Source: an uncultured Planctomycetaceae bacterium (GTDB taxonomy: Bacteria > Planctomycetota > Planctomycetia > Isosphaerales > Isosphaeraceae). From it: 64,000 nt of DNA. The notes below the pieces were generated by a model. The model was not told where the DNA came from. It worked only from the letters and a program-made list of their open reading frames with translations, and did no database searches. Each line of letters opens with the position of its first letter. The first letter of the stretch is position 1. Below, one piece after another: positions 43,222 to 53,810 of this stretch. Location of the stretch: assembly GCA_963833985.1 (NCBI GenBank), contig CAWIAD010000001.1:2752001-2816000 (forward strand), given 5' to 3'. The translations under genes were made by a program, and so were the position numbers.

Positions 43222-43558
43222 CGGACGCTCCACGAGGTACACTCCCGACGAACTTCAGCGCTCACCGATTCACGGACCATGAGACTCCGCCTCCGGCCCG
43301 GAACCGCCAACTCACAGATAAGCTTCGTCACGCCAAACCCAGTGGCTTAAAGAACTTTCTCCAAATTTCCCAATGGTCTTATTTTCCCAAAACGCAATGT
43401 TTGCCCAGATGTTACGCCAGTCATGCAAACCGCCCTCACTACCGTAAAATGCGGCACGAGCCGGAGAGCAGAGTGTTTCACTCACTCGTGAAAAGCGCGC
43501 ACCTCGACCGCAGGCTCTGGTCGATGGTTGCCTCTGAGCACGGCCTGGCGGCGACTCG

Positions 43559-44473
43559 CTATTTCGACTTTCCCGCGATCCTCTGCTGGAGCTCGGCCCT
43601 CAACTTCAGCACCGCTAGCTCCTTGGCCTTGGCCTCGACCTCCACGGTCAGGTCAAGGCCAAGCCAGCAGCCGGGGAAGTCGTGGATCTCGATGAAATCG
43701 TGGTGCCGCTCGGGTTGTGCTCCCTTCCACCCGGCGACAGGGCTGGAGATGTGAAAGAGCGGCTCGCGATTCCAGGTGGCGATGGCCATCCCGGTGGCCT
43801 CTTCCACGCTGAGGCCATCCACCAGGCAGCGGTGGTGATGCACGTCGTAGACCAGCGGCAACCCCTCGGCGCGGCAGAGGGGCAGCAGATCGGCCGGTGT
43901 GAAGATGGTGTCGTCGTTCTCGACCGTCAGCCGGCTGCGGGCGCGGGGCGACAGACGCTCGAGGTTCCGCGCAAAATCGTCCAGGGCCGTTGCCTTGTCG
44001 CCATAGGCACCACCCCCGTGGATGTTCACCACGTCGGCACCGACCCACTCGGCAACCTCGGACTGGTACTCGAGTTCGCGAATCGAGGCTGCCACCACCT
44101 CGGCCCGGCGCGAGTTCAGGACGACGAACTGGTCGGGATGGAAGCAGACTCGCAGGCGGGCCTGCCGCGCGAATTCCCCACATTGCCTGAACCTGGAGAC
44201 GATCGCATCGCCGCCGGGAAGCTCCTCCATCCGGTATCCAAGCTGGGGATGAGTCCTGAGCGGCAGGATCTGGCTGTTGATTCGAAAGCAGCCGATCTGG
44301 TTGCGGGCACAGAACTCGAACGCACTCAGCAATGCCCCGGCATTGGCCATGCAGAGCCGGTCGAGTTTCTGCAAGCCATCGGCACGGCTCATTCTCCCGA
44401 CCGCTGCCGCCGTCGTGTTGAAGAACTTGATGGGCTCGTCCCGGAAGATGCAGCAGAGGCCAAGTCGAATCAT
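43559..44473 (-). CDS. uvsE: UV DNA damage repair endonuclease
   Basis: FRINS, FHPDQFVVLNS, NIHGGGAYGDK, VENDD, YDVHHH, HHDFI, VEAKAKE. Confidence 0.95.
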   Translation of the reverse strand: MIRLGLCCIFRDEPIKFFNTTAAAVGRMSRADGLQKLDRLCMANAGALLSAFEFCARNQIGCFRINSQILPLRTHPQLGYRMEELPGGDAIVSRFRQCGEFARQARLRVCFHPDQFVVLNSRRAEVVAASIRELEYQSEVAEWVGADVVNIHGGGAYGDKATALDDFARNLERLSPRARSRLTVENDDTIFTPADLLPLCRAEGLPLVYDVHHHRCLVDGLSVEEATGMAIATWNREPLFHISSPVAGWKGAQPERHHDFIEIHDFPGCWLGLDLTVEVEAKAKELAVLKLRAELQQRIAGKSK

Positions 44474-44858
44474 AGGTGTTGCTGCAAGCTGGATGTTCGA
44501 TCCGGGTCCGTGAAGCCGCCTTGCCTTCCCGCAACCCGATGCATGTCCTTTTAGCGTAGGGATGCGGTCAAGATGCGACGCCGCTGGCTACCTGGGCAAC
44601 GCCCTCGCGGTCGGGTCTCTGGTGACTCGCTGCAATCGGCGACAGGGATGGGAAGGGTGCCAGCATCATTCCACAAAGGCGCGGTATCGTTTCCCAAGAT
44701 TGTGGGTGGCTTCACCTTGGATCCCTTCGGGCCGGTGTCGCACCTGGGCCGCGCGCTCGTCGCGTGGTGAGAGAACGTTCTTCATCAAGAGCTGCAGAAG
44801 CGTCGCAGGCGGAAAACAGCGGCTTGGATCTGCTCGCGCCGTACTTCTGTGGCCAAGT

Positions 44859-47646
44859 CTACTCCTCTCGGTACGGCTGCTTCGCCTGGAAGCGTCTCAG
44901 CATCGTTTCGCCAGCTTCTTTGTCTTCCGGTTTGGAGAAGCGCTCGTTGGCCTTCGTCTGCCATTTCACGGCGAGATCGAAGTCGCCGGCTTCGGCGTAG
45001 GCGGCGGCGAGCGTGAGGAGGGCGTCAGAGTTGTTCCATCCTGTCAGCTCGCAGGCCTTTGTGGCCGAGTCCACGGCTTTCTTGCCGTCGCGGTACCTTC
45101 CATCGGGGCACGTAGCCAGCAGCCACGCGCGGCGTTCGTATGCATCCGCATAGTCCGAAGCCACGCGAACGGCCTGGTTGAAGTCGGACAGGGCTGCGTC
45201 GTACGCCTTCGTGTTCCTCCGGGCGCAACCGCGCCAGATGAAGGCTTCGCCGTTCCGGGGGTCGAGCTGAAGAGCCTGAGTGAAATCTGAGATCGCCTTG
45301 GTGTCCAGGTCAGCGTGCAGCCATGTCTTGCCGCGTTCGAGGAGGGCGAGTGCATCACGAGGATTGAGCTGGATGGCCCGGTCGAGGTCCTTGAGAGCCT
45401 CGTCGTACTTCTTCATCGCATGGAGGACGAATCCCCGATTGAAGTACGACGAGGCGTCATTGCCGTCGAGCTGGATGGACCTGTCCAGATCGGCGAGTGC
45501 CTTGTCGTACTCGCCCCTGTCGCCGAAAACGCGTCCGCGTTGATTCAGCGCCCACGCATCAACCGAGCCCAGTCGAAGAGCTTCGGTATAGTCGCTGATG
45601 GCCTTATCGTCGTCGTTTTTCTTGTCCCAGGCCAGTCCACGATTGAGATATGTCAATGCGGAGTTTGGCTCCAGTCGGAGGGATTCATCGTAGTCGGCGA
45701 TCGCCCTGCCATAGTCATTCATCGCGGCCCGAGCCTGACCTCTGCTGAAAAAAGCGCCGGAGTTCCTGGGATCGAGACGAATCGCCTCGTCGAAGTCGGC
45801 GATGGCTTTCGCCTGTTCGTTCTTGCTTTTCCAGGTCAAGCCGCGACCCTCGTAAGCGGCAGACAACTTCGGGTTGAGTCGGATGGACTGATCGTAATCG
45901 GCAAACGCTTTCTCGTATTCGCCCTTCCTTGCCCAGACGCTGCCACGGTTGTTGTAGTTCAAGGCATGGTCCGGCCTCAGGCGAATGGCCTCGGTGTAAT
46001 CGCTGAGCGCCTTGTCGAGATCATTCTTCTTGAGCCATTCGGTTCCCCTGTTTTCGTAGGCTCGGGCCTCTTTGGGCTCGAGGCGAATGACCTCGCTGTC
46101 ATCTTCGATGGCTTTTTCAGTCTCCCCTATCTGGGCGAGCGCAAGGCCCCGCCAGAAATACGCTTCGGTCAGCTTCGGATCGAGCCGGATCGCCTCGTCG
46201 CAGTCCGCGATTGCCTTGTCGAATTCGCGCTTCACAGCCCAGGCATGTGCTCGGCTGACGTAGTGATAGGAATAAGCCGGCCAGAGGCGTATCGACTCCG
46301 TATAGTCGGCGATCGCTTTATCGTAGTCCTCCTTCCGATCGAGGTAAACATTTCCACGGTTGACAAGGGCGACAAAGCTATCCGGCTGAAGCCGGATCGC
46401 CTCGGTGAAATCAGCCACAGCTTGATCCGGTACTTTCATCCACTTCCAGACGAGCCCTCGCCGGCAAAATGCATCAACCTTGATGGGGTTGATCTTGATT
46501 TCGCTCGAATAGAAGTCGATCGCCTGGTCGAGCGGAACCAGTCTGGTGTCTACCACCCAGCCGACCACCCCCGAAGAGGCAATCTTGACCTGATTGCCAT
46601 CGACCTGTTCGACAGTGTAAATCCGGAACTGGCTGTCGTCGTCGACAACGGCAGCGTCTCCGTCCTGGAGGGGAGTCGGGTATTTTGTCACAACCTTCTG
46701 ACCGACCTGGAACAGCGGCGGTTGGTCGGCGTGTTGGTTCGCTGGCGGCATCACCGCGAAGAGCTGCGATCGAACGAGAACTCCGGCGAGGGAGGCCATC
46801 GCCACTGTCGTTGCGATGGCGACCGTGGCGATCCTGGCCCACCGGAGCATCGCCATGCTCTTCAAGATCTCTGCCATCAGGCACGAACCCGTCGAGGAGA
46901 CCGCTCCGCCGGATGCGGTCTCGAGCACAAGGTGTGCTGTGGACCTGACCAGAGAGTCCGACAGTGCCGGTGCGGAGATCCGCTGCGGCAGAGCCACGAA
47001 CCCCGCTCCTCCGGGACGCGAGATCCCGCGACGGGTCAGCCTGGCCTTCAACTGCTTACGGGCCCGCATCAGCCTGATCCCGAGCGTGCTGGGAGGGCAG
47101 CCAAGCGTGCTCGCAGCCGCCTCATGAGTCATGCCCTCGAGATAACAGAGGATGATCGCCTCCCGGTACTTGCGCGGGAGTCTCTGCACCTCCTGATGGA
47201 GCGCCTCACTGTCGACCCCTCCGTCCTCCGGACGCGTTGCGTCGGCATTGAGCTCGCGGCTCATCATCTCACCGAACTTTCGTTCCTCAGCTTTTCTTCT
47301 CGCCGTTCTCGACCGGACCCGGCGCGACGCGGAGGGCAACGCCGTGCAGCCAGCCTGCCACCGACCGGTGCTCGCGAATCAACCGCGCTCTGTTGGCCAG
47401 GATCAAGAACGTGGCTTGAAAGGCGTCCTCGGCGTCGTGTCGATCGACCGCGATCCTGCGGCAAACGGCGAAGACCATGGGGCCGTGCCGCAAAACCAAC
47501 GTCTCGAACGCCGCCTCGGAAAACTCGTTCGGACCAGACAGGAAGCGTTCCAGTAGCTCGATGTCCGATAGCCCGCTGGCGGTGCCCGCACTGAAGAGGA
47601 TACCCGTTGATCGATGATCCGCCGCAGCCCAGTCGTTCATCGCCAT
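44859..47646 (-). CDS. ECF sigma-70 factor fused to a TM segment and a long TPR array (frameshift near 47320)
   Basis: ORF 47287..47646 has region 2 (RHGPMV..C..DAEDAFQATFL); ORF 44859..47339 has region 4 (LPRKYREAIILCYLEG), TM and many AIADYxEAIRLxP repeats. Confidence 0.9.
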
Positions 47647-47985
47647 CTGTCTCCCGACAAATCCTCGTCTCCGTTCAGTATAGTGCGGCCGGCCGAGAAG
47701 AACCTTTCACGACTCTTCGAGAATTGCTGGAATCTCCGTCCGAACAGAGTACGCGGCACCACTGCCGTCGGCCGGACCTGGCTATGCTGACGGACTGCAG
47801 GAAGGTCTGAGCTCCCAGCCAGAAGGCAGTGATGCGCATGGGCAAACCTCGGGAACCAACCATTACCCGCGGGTTGCGGGCCGGGGCCGTGAAACGGGGA
47901 TGAGACCCACGGGATGAAAGGAATTCAGCCTGCCGAGTTCGCTCTCGGGTCTGCTATCATGCCGGATAGGGAGGAGGTCCCGATC

Positions 47986-48273
47986 ATGCCGATCCTGTTG
48001 ACACTTGCCGGTGTGTATCGCGACGGCAAAGTGGAGTTTACGGAACGTCCCGCTGGCGTGGGTGAGGACGTGCCCGTACTGGTGACTTTCCTACCCGGGA
48101 ACCAGGTGAGCCAGTCGAAGCCACCGTCTCGTTTGACCGAGGAGGAACGCCGGTCAGCGCGCGAGCGCGTCCTGGCCCGTTTGAAGCAGGCAATGCCTTT
48201 CGGCGGACCGCCATATCCTGAGCGTGACGAATTCTATGACCGATTCGATGGCCGAGACGAGAGTCCTCGTTGA
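47986..48273 (+). CDS. Putative antitoxin
   Basis: GAGGAGG RBS; GVYRDGKVEF..VLVTF N-terminus, RDEFYDR C-terminus; overlaps the PIN gene. Confidence 0.75.
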   Translation: MPILLTLAGVYRDGKVEFTERPAGVGEDVPVLVTFLPGNQVSQSKPPSRLTEEERRSARERVLARLKQAMPFGGPPYPERDEFYDRFDGRDESPR

Positions 48274-48530
48274 TACCAACATCCTGATTTATGCCGCCGA
48301 TCCTCAAGCCGGAGACAGGAATCGCAAGGCCGTGGAACTCGTTGATCGTTTGATGGCTCAGGACCGCATGGTCGTCAGCGCTCAGGTTCTCAACGAATTC
48401 TTCCACGCTGCGACGCGCCCTAACAAACCTCCCTCGCTTTCGTACCACGACGCTTATCAAACGATCAGGGATCTTGCGCAAGCTGTCCCGGTCCTGGCTT
48501 TGACCGGCCCGATTACCCTCCGTGCCCTGG
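48236..48530 (+). pseudogene. Truncated VapC/PIN toxin
   Basis: VLVDTNILIYA and SAQVLNEF present; the C-terminal acidic motifs (D..I / TED) are missing and similarity ends near LRAL. Confidence 0.7.
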
Positions 48531-48605
48531 CACAATCCGCGCTGGGTCTGGGCTGCGAGGCAGCAGAGGACGCCCGGCAGGCGCTCTGGCCCTGGAGGAC
48601 GGTAG

Positions 48606-50282
48606 ATGGCGGACGCTCAGACGCACGGCAAGGGGCGCGGAAATCTCAGGGTTGCACTGGCCGCCTCGGTGGTCATCGCTGCGGCGATCGGCATGTATAT
48701 TTACCGATCACCGCAGGCGGATGGGGCACGGCGGATCCTGGCTCGGATCACCCGGGCCCTGGGAAGGCTTGCCGGCAAGGAGGATCGAGTCAGGAAACCC
48801 GTCGGGGTCATCATCCAGGAGATCGAGCACGGCGACGCAGTGCAGCGGGCGCAGGCCATCGGATCGGTCTGCGACGAGTTGACGGGACCGGCCGAGTTCG
48901 TGCAACTTGTTCCAGCTCTCATCGGGGCCATGGAAGATGAATCGAAGATCGTTCGGGACACGGCGACGGCTGCTCTCAACAAGCTGATCCTTCTTTACGG
49001 CCAGGACGGGTCGGCAACACAGCTCGAGGAGAGTCTCGTTCGGCTTCTTGATGAGCCCGAGCCGGAACTGCGTGTCCAGGCGGCGGGCCTGCTGAGAACG
49101 CTGGCCGCGCTCCGCAAGCTTGACGTTCCGCCGCCGCGACTGCTCGAGTGCCTGGACGACGATTCCGGAGCGGTCCGAGCAGCCGCGGCAGCTTCCGTGA
49201 TCGAGTACGGTCAGGGGCCAGAACTGTTCCTGCCCGTTGCGCTGCGACGCCTTCCCAACGAAAGCCCGGTCGCCTGGCATGAGTTCACGCATATCCTCGA
49301 GTCCATTCGCTTCCGGCCCACCGTCTTATCGCTCTTGATCGAAGGATTATCGAGTGAGAACAGCTTTGTGTGTGTCAGTGCCGCGACGGCGCTGAACCAC
49401 ATGGGCCTGGATGCCGGACCTGCGCGGCCCGCGATCATGGCGTTACTTCGCCGGGAGCTCGAGACGCCCCACCCCAGGTTGGAGCTGCGCCTCATCAACT
49501 GGGGCGATGGCTCGGCCGCTCCGACCCTGGCTGTCAACTTGCTCGTCATCGGCATCGGCGATGATGGCGTACTTCACTTCCGGGTCTTCGGGCCTGATGG
49601 CGGCCGCGTGACGGACGCGGATGAGACGCAATTCACCACCCAGGCCGGTGCGATCTCCGCTCTGAAGAAAGAACTCCCGCTCCTGCGGCCCCCGCATGGT
49701 CTCAGCCTTGCGGAGAAAGCCCGAGTCATTGACGAGGCGCTCCGCATCGTCGGCCAGACTCGTCTCAATGACCCAAACAGCTTCACCGCCGTGGACATCA
49801 TCGAGCAGACATCAGAGGCCCTCGTCCAGCTCTCGCCGGACGGGGAGCCCTTTCCGGGGACCGTCGAGATCCTCTGTGACGTGCTGAGGCGCCCGAACCA
49901 GAAGAGACAGCAAGCCGCCGCCTGGTCCCTGGGGTTCCTTGGCCGGGCCGCCACGTCCGCCGTACCTCTGCTGATTGCCACCTTCGAGGCAACCCCGCAG
50001 GATCGTGACGACTTGCGTGGCACGATCGCCGAGTCGCTGGCGGCGATCTCCCAGGGAACGCCCGATGAGGAGCTTGTCGCCGCAAAACTTGCAAGGGCAT
50101 GGAAGCCAGCACAGCAAAGGCAAAGAACCGTACTCGCGCGGGCTCTTCGTCGTCTTGGTCCGAAGTCAGAACAGCTCGTGCCGGAACTCCGGCAGGTGCC
50201 TCCTGACCCGATACCAACAAGCATCCATCGCGGCGGAATTCCCAGGTCCTTCCTTGAGGGAATCAAGCCGGCTGCGCGCTGA
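48606..50282 (+). CDS. Membrane-anchored HEAT repeat protein with an inserted non-HEAT domain
   Basis: GGAGGA RBS; N-terminal TM; HEAT units; beta-rich insert encoded by ~49479-49760. Confidence 0.8.
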   Translation: MADAQTHGKGRGNLRVALAASVVIAAAIGMYIYRSPQADGARRILARITRALGRLAGKEDRVRKPVGVIIQEIEHGDAVQRAQAIGSVCDELTGPAEFVQLVPALIGAMEDESKIVRDTATAALNKLILLYGQDGSATQLEESLVRLLDEPEPELRVQAAGLLRTLAALRKLDVPPPRLLECLDDDSGAVRAAAAASVIEYGQGPELFLPVALRRLPNESPVAWHEFTHILESIRFRPTVLSLLIEGLSSENSFVCVSAATALNHMGLDAGPARPAIMALLRRELETPHPRLELRLINWGDGSAAPTLAVNLLVIGIGDDGVLHFRVFGPDGGRVTDADETQFTTQAGAISALKKELPLLRPPHGLSLAEKARVIDEALRIVGQTRLNDPNSFTAVDIIEQTSEALVQLSPDGEPFPGTVEILCDVLRRPNQKRQQAAAWSLGFLGRAATSAVPLLIATFEATPQDRDDLRGTIAESLAAISQGTPDEELVAAKLARAWKPAQQRQRTVLARALRRLGPKSEQLVPELRQVPPDPIPTSIHRGGIPRSFLEGIKPAAR

Positions 50283-50389
50283 CAGCACCCCTGCGGGAGG
50301 AGCCCCCTGTTCCGGCGGAATGGAAGGAGCTGAGTCCGCGGGCAGGAGCAGCATGCTGGGGCTTGTTGCCCGGGGCGTTTTACCAACCC

Positions 50390-50519
50390 TCACGGCGCCG
50401 GTGTGAACGGCTGCTGGGGAACGCAAGATCCATCATCAGGAACCGGAAGTCGGGCCGGCCGCGGAGAGGGGCCAGCTCGGCGCGAGCAACCCGAGCAGCA
50501 GATGACTGTCGGCGGCCAC
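50390..50519 (-). pseudogene. Internally deleted remnant of a planctomycete Ser/Thr kinase-TPR gene
   Basis: VAADSHLLLGLLA (N-terminal motif) abuts ELAPLRGRPDFRFLMMDLAFP (C-terminal motif). Confidence 0.6.
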
Positions 50520-50773
50520 GGTGCATCATCCCGGAGCTGGTGACGGTCGGCGGCTCTCCCCGTCGGAAGTCGCCGGCGATCGGACGCAGGATCGCGCCGA
50601 TTCTATGTGAATGATGCCGTGGGGTCAGCAAGCTGGATGGCCTCCGGGCCGCGATTGCGTTCCGTCGCATGACCGCGAACCTGGCCGGGCGGCTCTTTGT
50701 CTGGGTCGAGATCACCGTTATGCTGACGTGCATGGCCGGGATCGAGCCTTACGGAAACAGAAGGGCAAGAGGC

Positions 50774-51977
50774 ATGGACAACCCCCAGGACCTGCTCATT
50801 CCCAGGGGCTTTCGCGCCGGGGCCGTGAAGGCGGGAATCAAGCCTTCGGGCGGGCTCGACCTCGCGTTCATCGTGGCCGAAGGTCCCTGTGCGGCCGCGG
50901 GGACCTTCACGACCAACCGGGTTTGTGCCGCTCCGGTAAGATGGTGCCGCGATCACCTGCCGGCCGACGAGATCCGCGCGGTGGTCGTGAATGCCGGCAA
51001 CGCCAACGCGGCGACGGGAGGCGCAGGGTCTGGCCAGCGCCGAGCGCACCGCGGAACTGGCGGCGGCGCACCTCGGCTGCCGGGCCGACCAGGTTCTGGT
51101 CGCGTCCACCGGGGTGATCGGCCGGCAGTTGCCGATGGACCGGATCGAGGCGGGCCTGGCCGCGGTCAGCGCTCAGCTCTCCACCGATGCGGCTGCCTTC
51201 CACACCGCCGCGCAGGCCATCCTGACCACCGACACCCATCCCAAGATCGTCTCGCTGGAGCACTTCGGGCCGGCCGGCCGGTTCACGCTGCTGGGCATGG
51301 CCAAGGGCGCGGCGATGATCGGACCGCGCATGGCGACGATGCTCGCCTTCCTGCTCACCGATGCCCCCGTCTGGCCGAATGACCTTCAGCCGATCCTCTC
51401 GGATGCCGTCGAGAGCACGTTCAACTGCGTGAGCGTGGAGGGCCATACGAGCACCAACGACACCGTCCTGCTCCTCTCCAGCACGGCGGCGACCGAGCCG
51501 GTCCTGAACGGTGCGGATCTCACGGCCTTCGCCGCGATGGTGCGCTCCGCGTGTGAATCGCTGGCGCGGATGATGGCCGCCGACGGCGAGGGCGCGACGC
51601 ACTTCATCACGATCGACGTCGAGGGCTGCGAGAGCCGCGAGGAGGCCCGGACGATCGCCCGGGCGGTGGCCGATAGCCCGCTGGTGAAGACGGCCATCCA
51701 TGGTGCGGACCCGAACTGGGGGCGGATCGTCTCGGCCGCCGGCTATGCGGGAGTGCCTTTCGCCGAGGAGGAGCTCTCCCTCTGGATCAACGGCGTGGCC
51801 GTCTACCGGTCGGGTGTCCCATGCGACTTCGACGCAGAGGGGCTCTCGGCCCGGCTCCGAGCTCAGCGCGAGGTCGACCTCCGGCTTCTGTTCCAGCGCG
51901 GCGACGGCCGGATCCGGTTCTGGACCTGCGACCTGACCGCCGAGTACGTCCGCCTGAACGCCGATTACACGACCTGA
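50774..51977 (+). CDS. argJ: Ornithine acetyltransferase (frameshift near 51018)
   Basis: GTFTTN, NAGNANAATG, STGVIG, LTTDT, AKGAAMIGPRMATML, STND, DGEGAT, DPNWGR, CDLT..YV. Confidence 0.95.
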
Positions 51978-51990
51978 ACGGGCTGCGAGC

Positions 51991-52779
51991 TCACGCCAGC
52001 GAGGCGACTGCGCTCTTGAAGAGGCGCAGGCCATGGCCCTCAGTGGCCGAGGGACCATTGGTCTGGCGCGTCCACCGGGGATGATGGATGGCCAGGGCAA
52101 AACGTTCCGGGTGCGGCATGAGCCCGAAGATTCGACCCGTGCTGTCGCAAACCCCCGCGGCCGCCAGCACGGACCCGTTCGGGTTGGCCGGGTAGTCCAT
52201 GGTTGGCCTGTCGTCCGGGCCGGCGTACTGGAGCACGATCTGCCCGGCGTCGTCGAGGGCGCGTGTGGTCTCGGCCTGGGCTGTGAGGAACTTGCCTTCG
52301 CCGTGCGCGACGGGAAGTTCGATGGGCTCGGTGAACGTCACAAACGGCGATCGGCCGGGCCGGGGCAAGAGCCGGATCCACCGCGCCTCGAAGCGGCCCG
52401 AGTCGTTATGCGCCAGCGTCACGGCGCCGGAGAATGGCGGGCCCGGCAAGAGGCCGCAGCGGACGAGCACCTGCAAACCGTTGCAGATGCCGGCGATCAG
52501 GCCCCCGCGGTCGTGGAATCGCCGCAGGGCATCGCCCAGGAGGTGGCCGAGACGCGTGGCCAGGATGCGACCCGCGCCCAGGTCATCGCCATAGGAGAAG
52601 CCGCCGGGGATGGTGAGGATCTGAAAGCCGTCCAGGGCGCCGGGCGTCTCCAGCAAGCGGCCGACGTGCCAGGTCTCGGCCTGGGCGCCCGCGAGTTGCC
52701 AGGCGGCTGCCGTTTCCTCGTCGCAGTTGGTGCCGGGGGCACGCAGGACGATCACGCGGGGAACTGCGGTGGTGCTCAT
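51991..52779 (-). CDS. purQ: FGAM synthase glutaminase subunit
   Basis: PGTNC, PGGFSYGD, GICNGLQ, AHGEG, NPNGS, MPHPER. Confidence 0.95.
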   Translation of the reverse strand: MSTTAVPRVIVLRAPGTNCDEETAAAWQLAGAQAETWHVGRLLETPGALDGFQILTIPGGFSYGDDLGAGRILATRLGHLLGDALRRFHDRGGLIAGICNGLQVLVRCGLLPGPPFSGAVTLAHNDSGRFEARWIRLLPRPGRSPFVTFTEPIELPVAHGEGKFLTAQAETTRALDDAGQIVLQYAGPDDRPTMDYPANPNGSVLAAAGVCDSTGRIFGLMPHPERFALAIHHPRWTRQTNGPSATEGHGLRLFKSAVASLA

Positions 52780-52887
52780 GGATCAACAAGGCCCCGGACA
52801 GATGAGACGGCTTCCAGGCAACGGGCAGGTGGCACGGGACGAACAGCAAGGGGAAACAGTGGGAGGTGGCCAGCTGAGCCGCACGCT

Positions 52888-53718
52888 TCAGTAACTGCTC
52901 TCGCCGGGGTTGTAGTTCGACTGGTAATCGGCTTCGGCCCGGTAGGCCAGGTTCCGCCTGAGCAACTCCGCCTCGTAGACCTGGACGACGAAATCGGCCG
53001 CGATCTTGAGCCGCGAGGACGCCCCCTTGGCGGGAAAGTCAGCCGGCGAGCCACGGCGAAACTCGGTCACGCCCACGTGCTTCGACCTCCCCTTGACGTA
53101 GTTGATGCCGGGAATGCCGTCGGCATCGCCAGAGATCAAGAGCGCGATGTCATAAGTGTCCTGCAATGCCACCATGTCGACGGCGAGGCTTGTGTCGAGC
53201 CCTTTCTCGTTCACCGTATGGTGCAGCAGATCCACCTTCCAGTGGCCTTCCTGGCGGATCTCGACGAAGTCGGTCGCCGACTGAACGCCGTGGTAAAACC
53301 GCTTCTTGCGTTCCAGGGCCCGGCGCTTGTTATCGTACCACTCGCGGGTCTCGCCGAAGCAGAGGTTCCAGGCTTCCTCGATGCGCCGGTCGGCCGGCAG
53401 ATCGGGCAGCCGGCGGCTGACATCCTCGATGTAGGCGTCACGCAGCCTGGGGTTCATCTCGAACCGGGCGCGGAGCCGCGCCTCGGCCTTGGGGTCGTTC
53501 AGGTCCCACTCGTCCATCTTGCCCACGACATACCAGTAGATTCGCGAGTGCTGCGCGGTCGGCCAGTCCGCGCCCTCGGCGAAGGTGCGGCCCCAGTAGT
53601 GGACGCTCTGCTCGAAGACGTGACGATAGAAGGCTCCATAATCGTCGACCCGCAGGTTCAGGTGCTTGAGCACGCCGTCCAGGTTCGAGCCATCCACGAA
53701 TGTAACGAATTTAACCAC
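52888..53718 (-). CDS. NYN (LabA/DUF88) domain protein
   Basis: FVDGSNL, EKGLDTSLAVDM, LISGDAD. Confidence 0.88.
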   Translation of the reverse strand: MVKFVTFVDGSNLDGVLKHLNLRVDDYGAFYRHVFEQSVHYWGRTFAEGADWPTAQHSRIYWYVVGKMDEWDLNDPKAEARLRARFEMNPRLRDAYIEDVSRRLPDLPADRRIEEAWNLCFGETREWYDNKRRALERKKRFYHGVQSATDFVEIRQEGHWKVDLLHHTVNEKGLDTSLAVDMVALQDTYDIALLISGDADGIPGINYVKGRSKHVGVTEFRRGSPADFPAKGASSRLKIAADFVVQVYEAELLRRNLAYRAEADYQSNYNPGESSY

Positions 53719-53810
53719 GGCAATTATCCTTTAATTGAACTACAGCCTCATAGACTAGTCTCAAGCAAATCCGGCGCGACATCGGCTTCCACCCGGCGCC
53801 GGCGGCCGTC

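Noticed and set aside
45315..47594. 759-aa plus-strand ORF
   Set aside because: Antisense shadow of the ECF-TPR gene.
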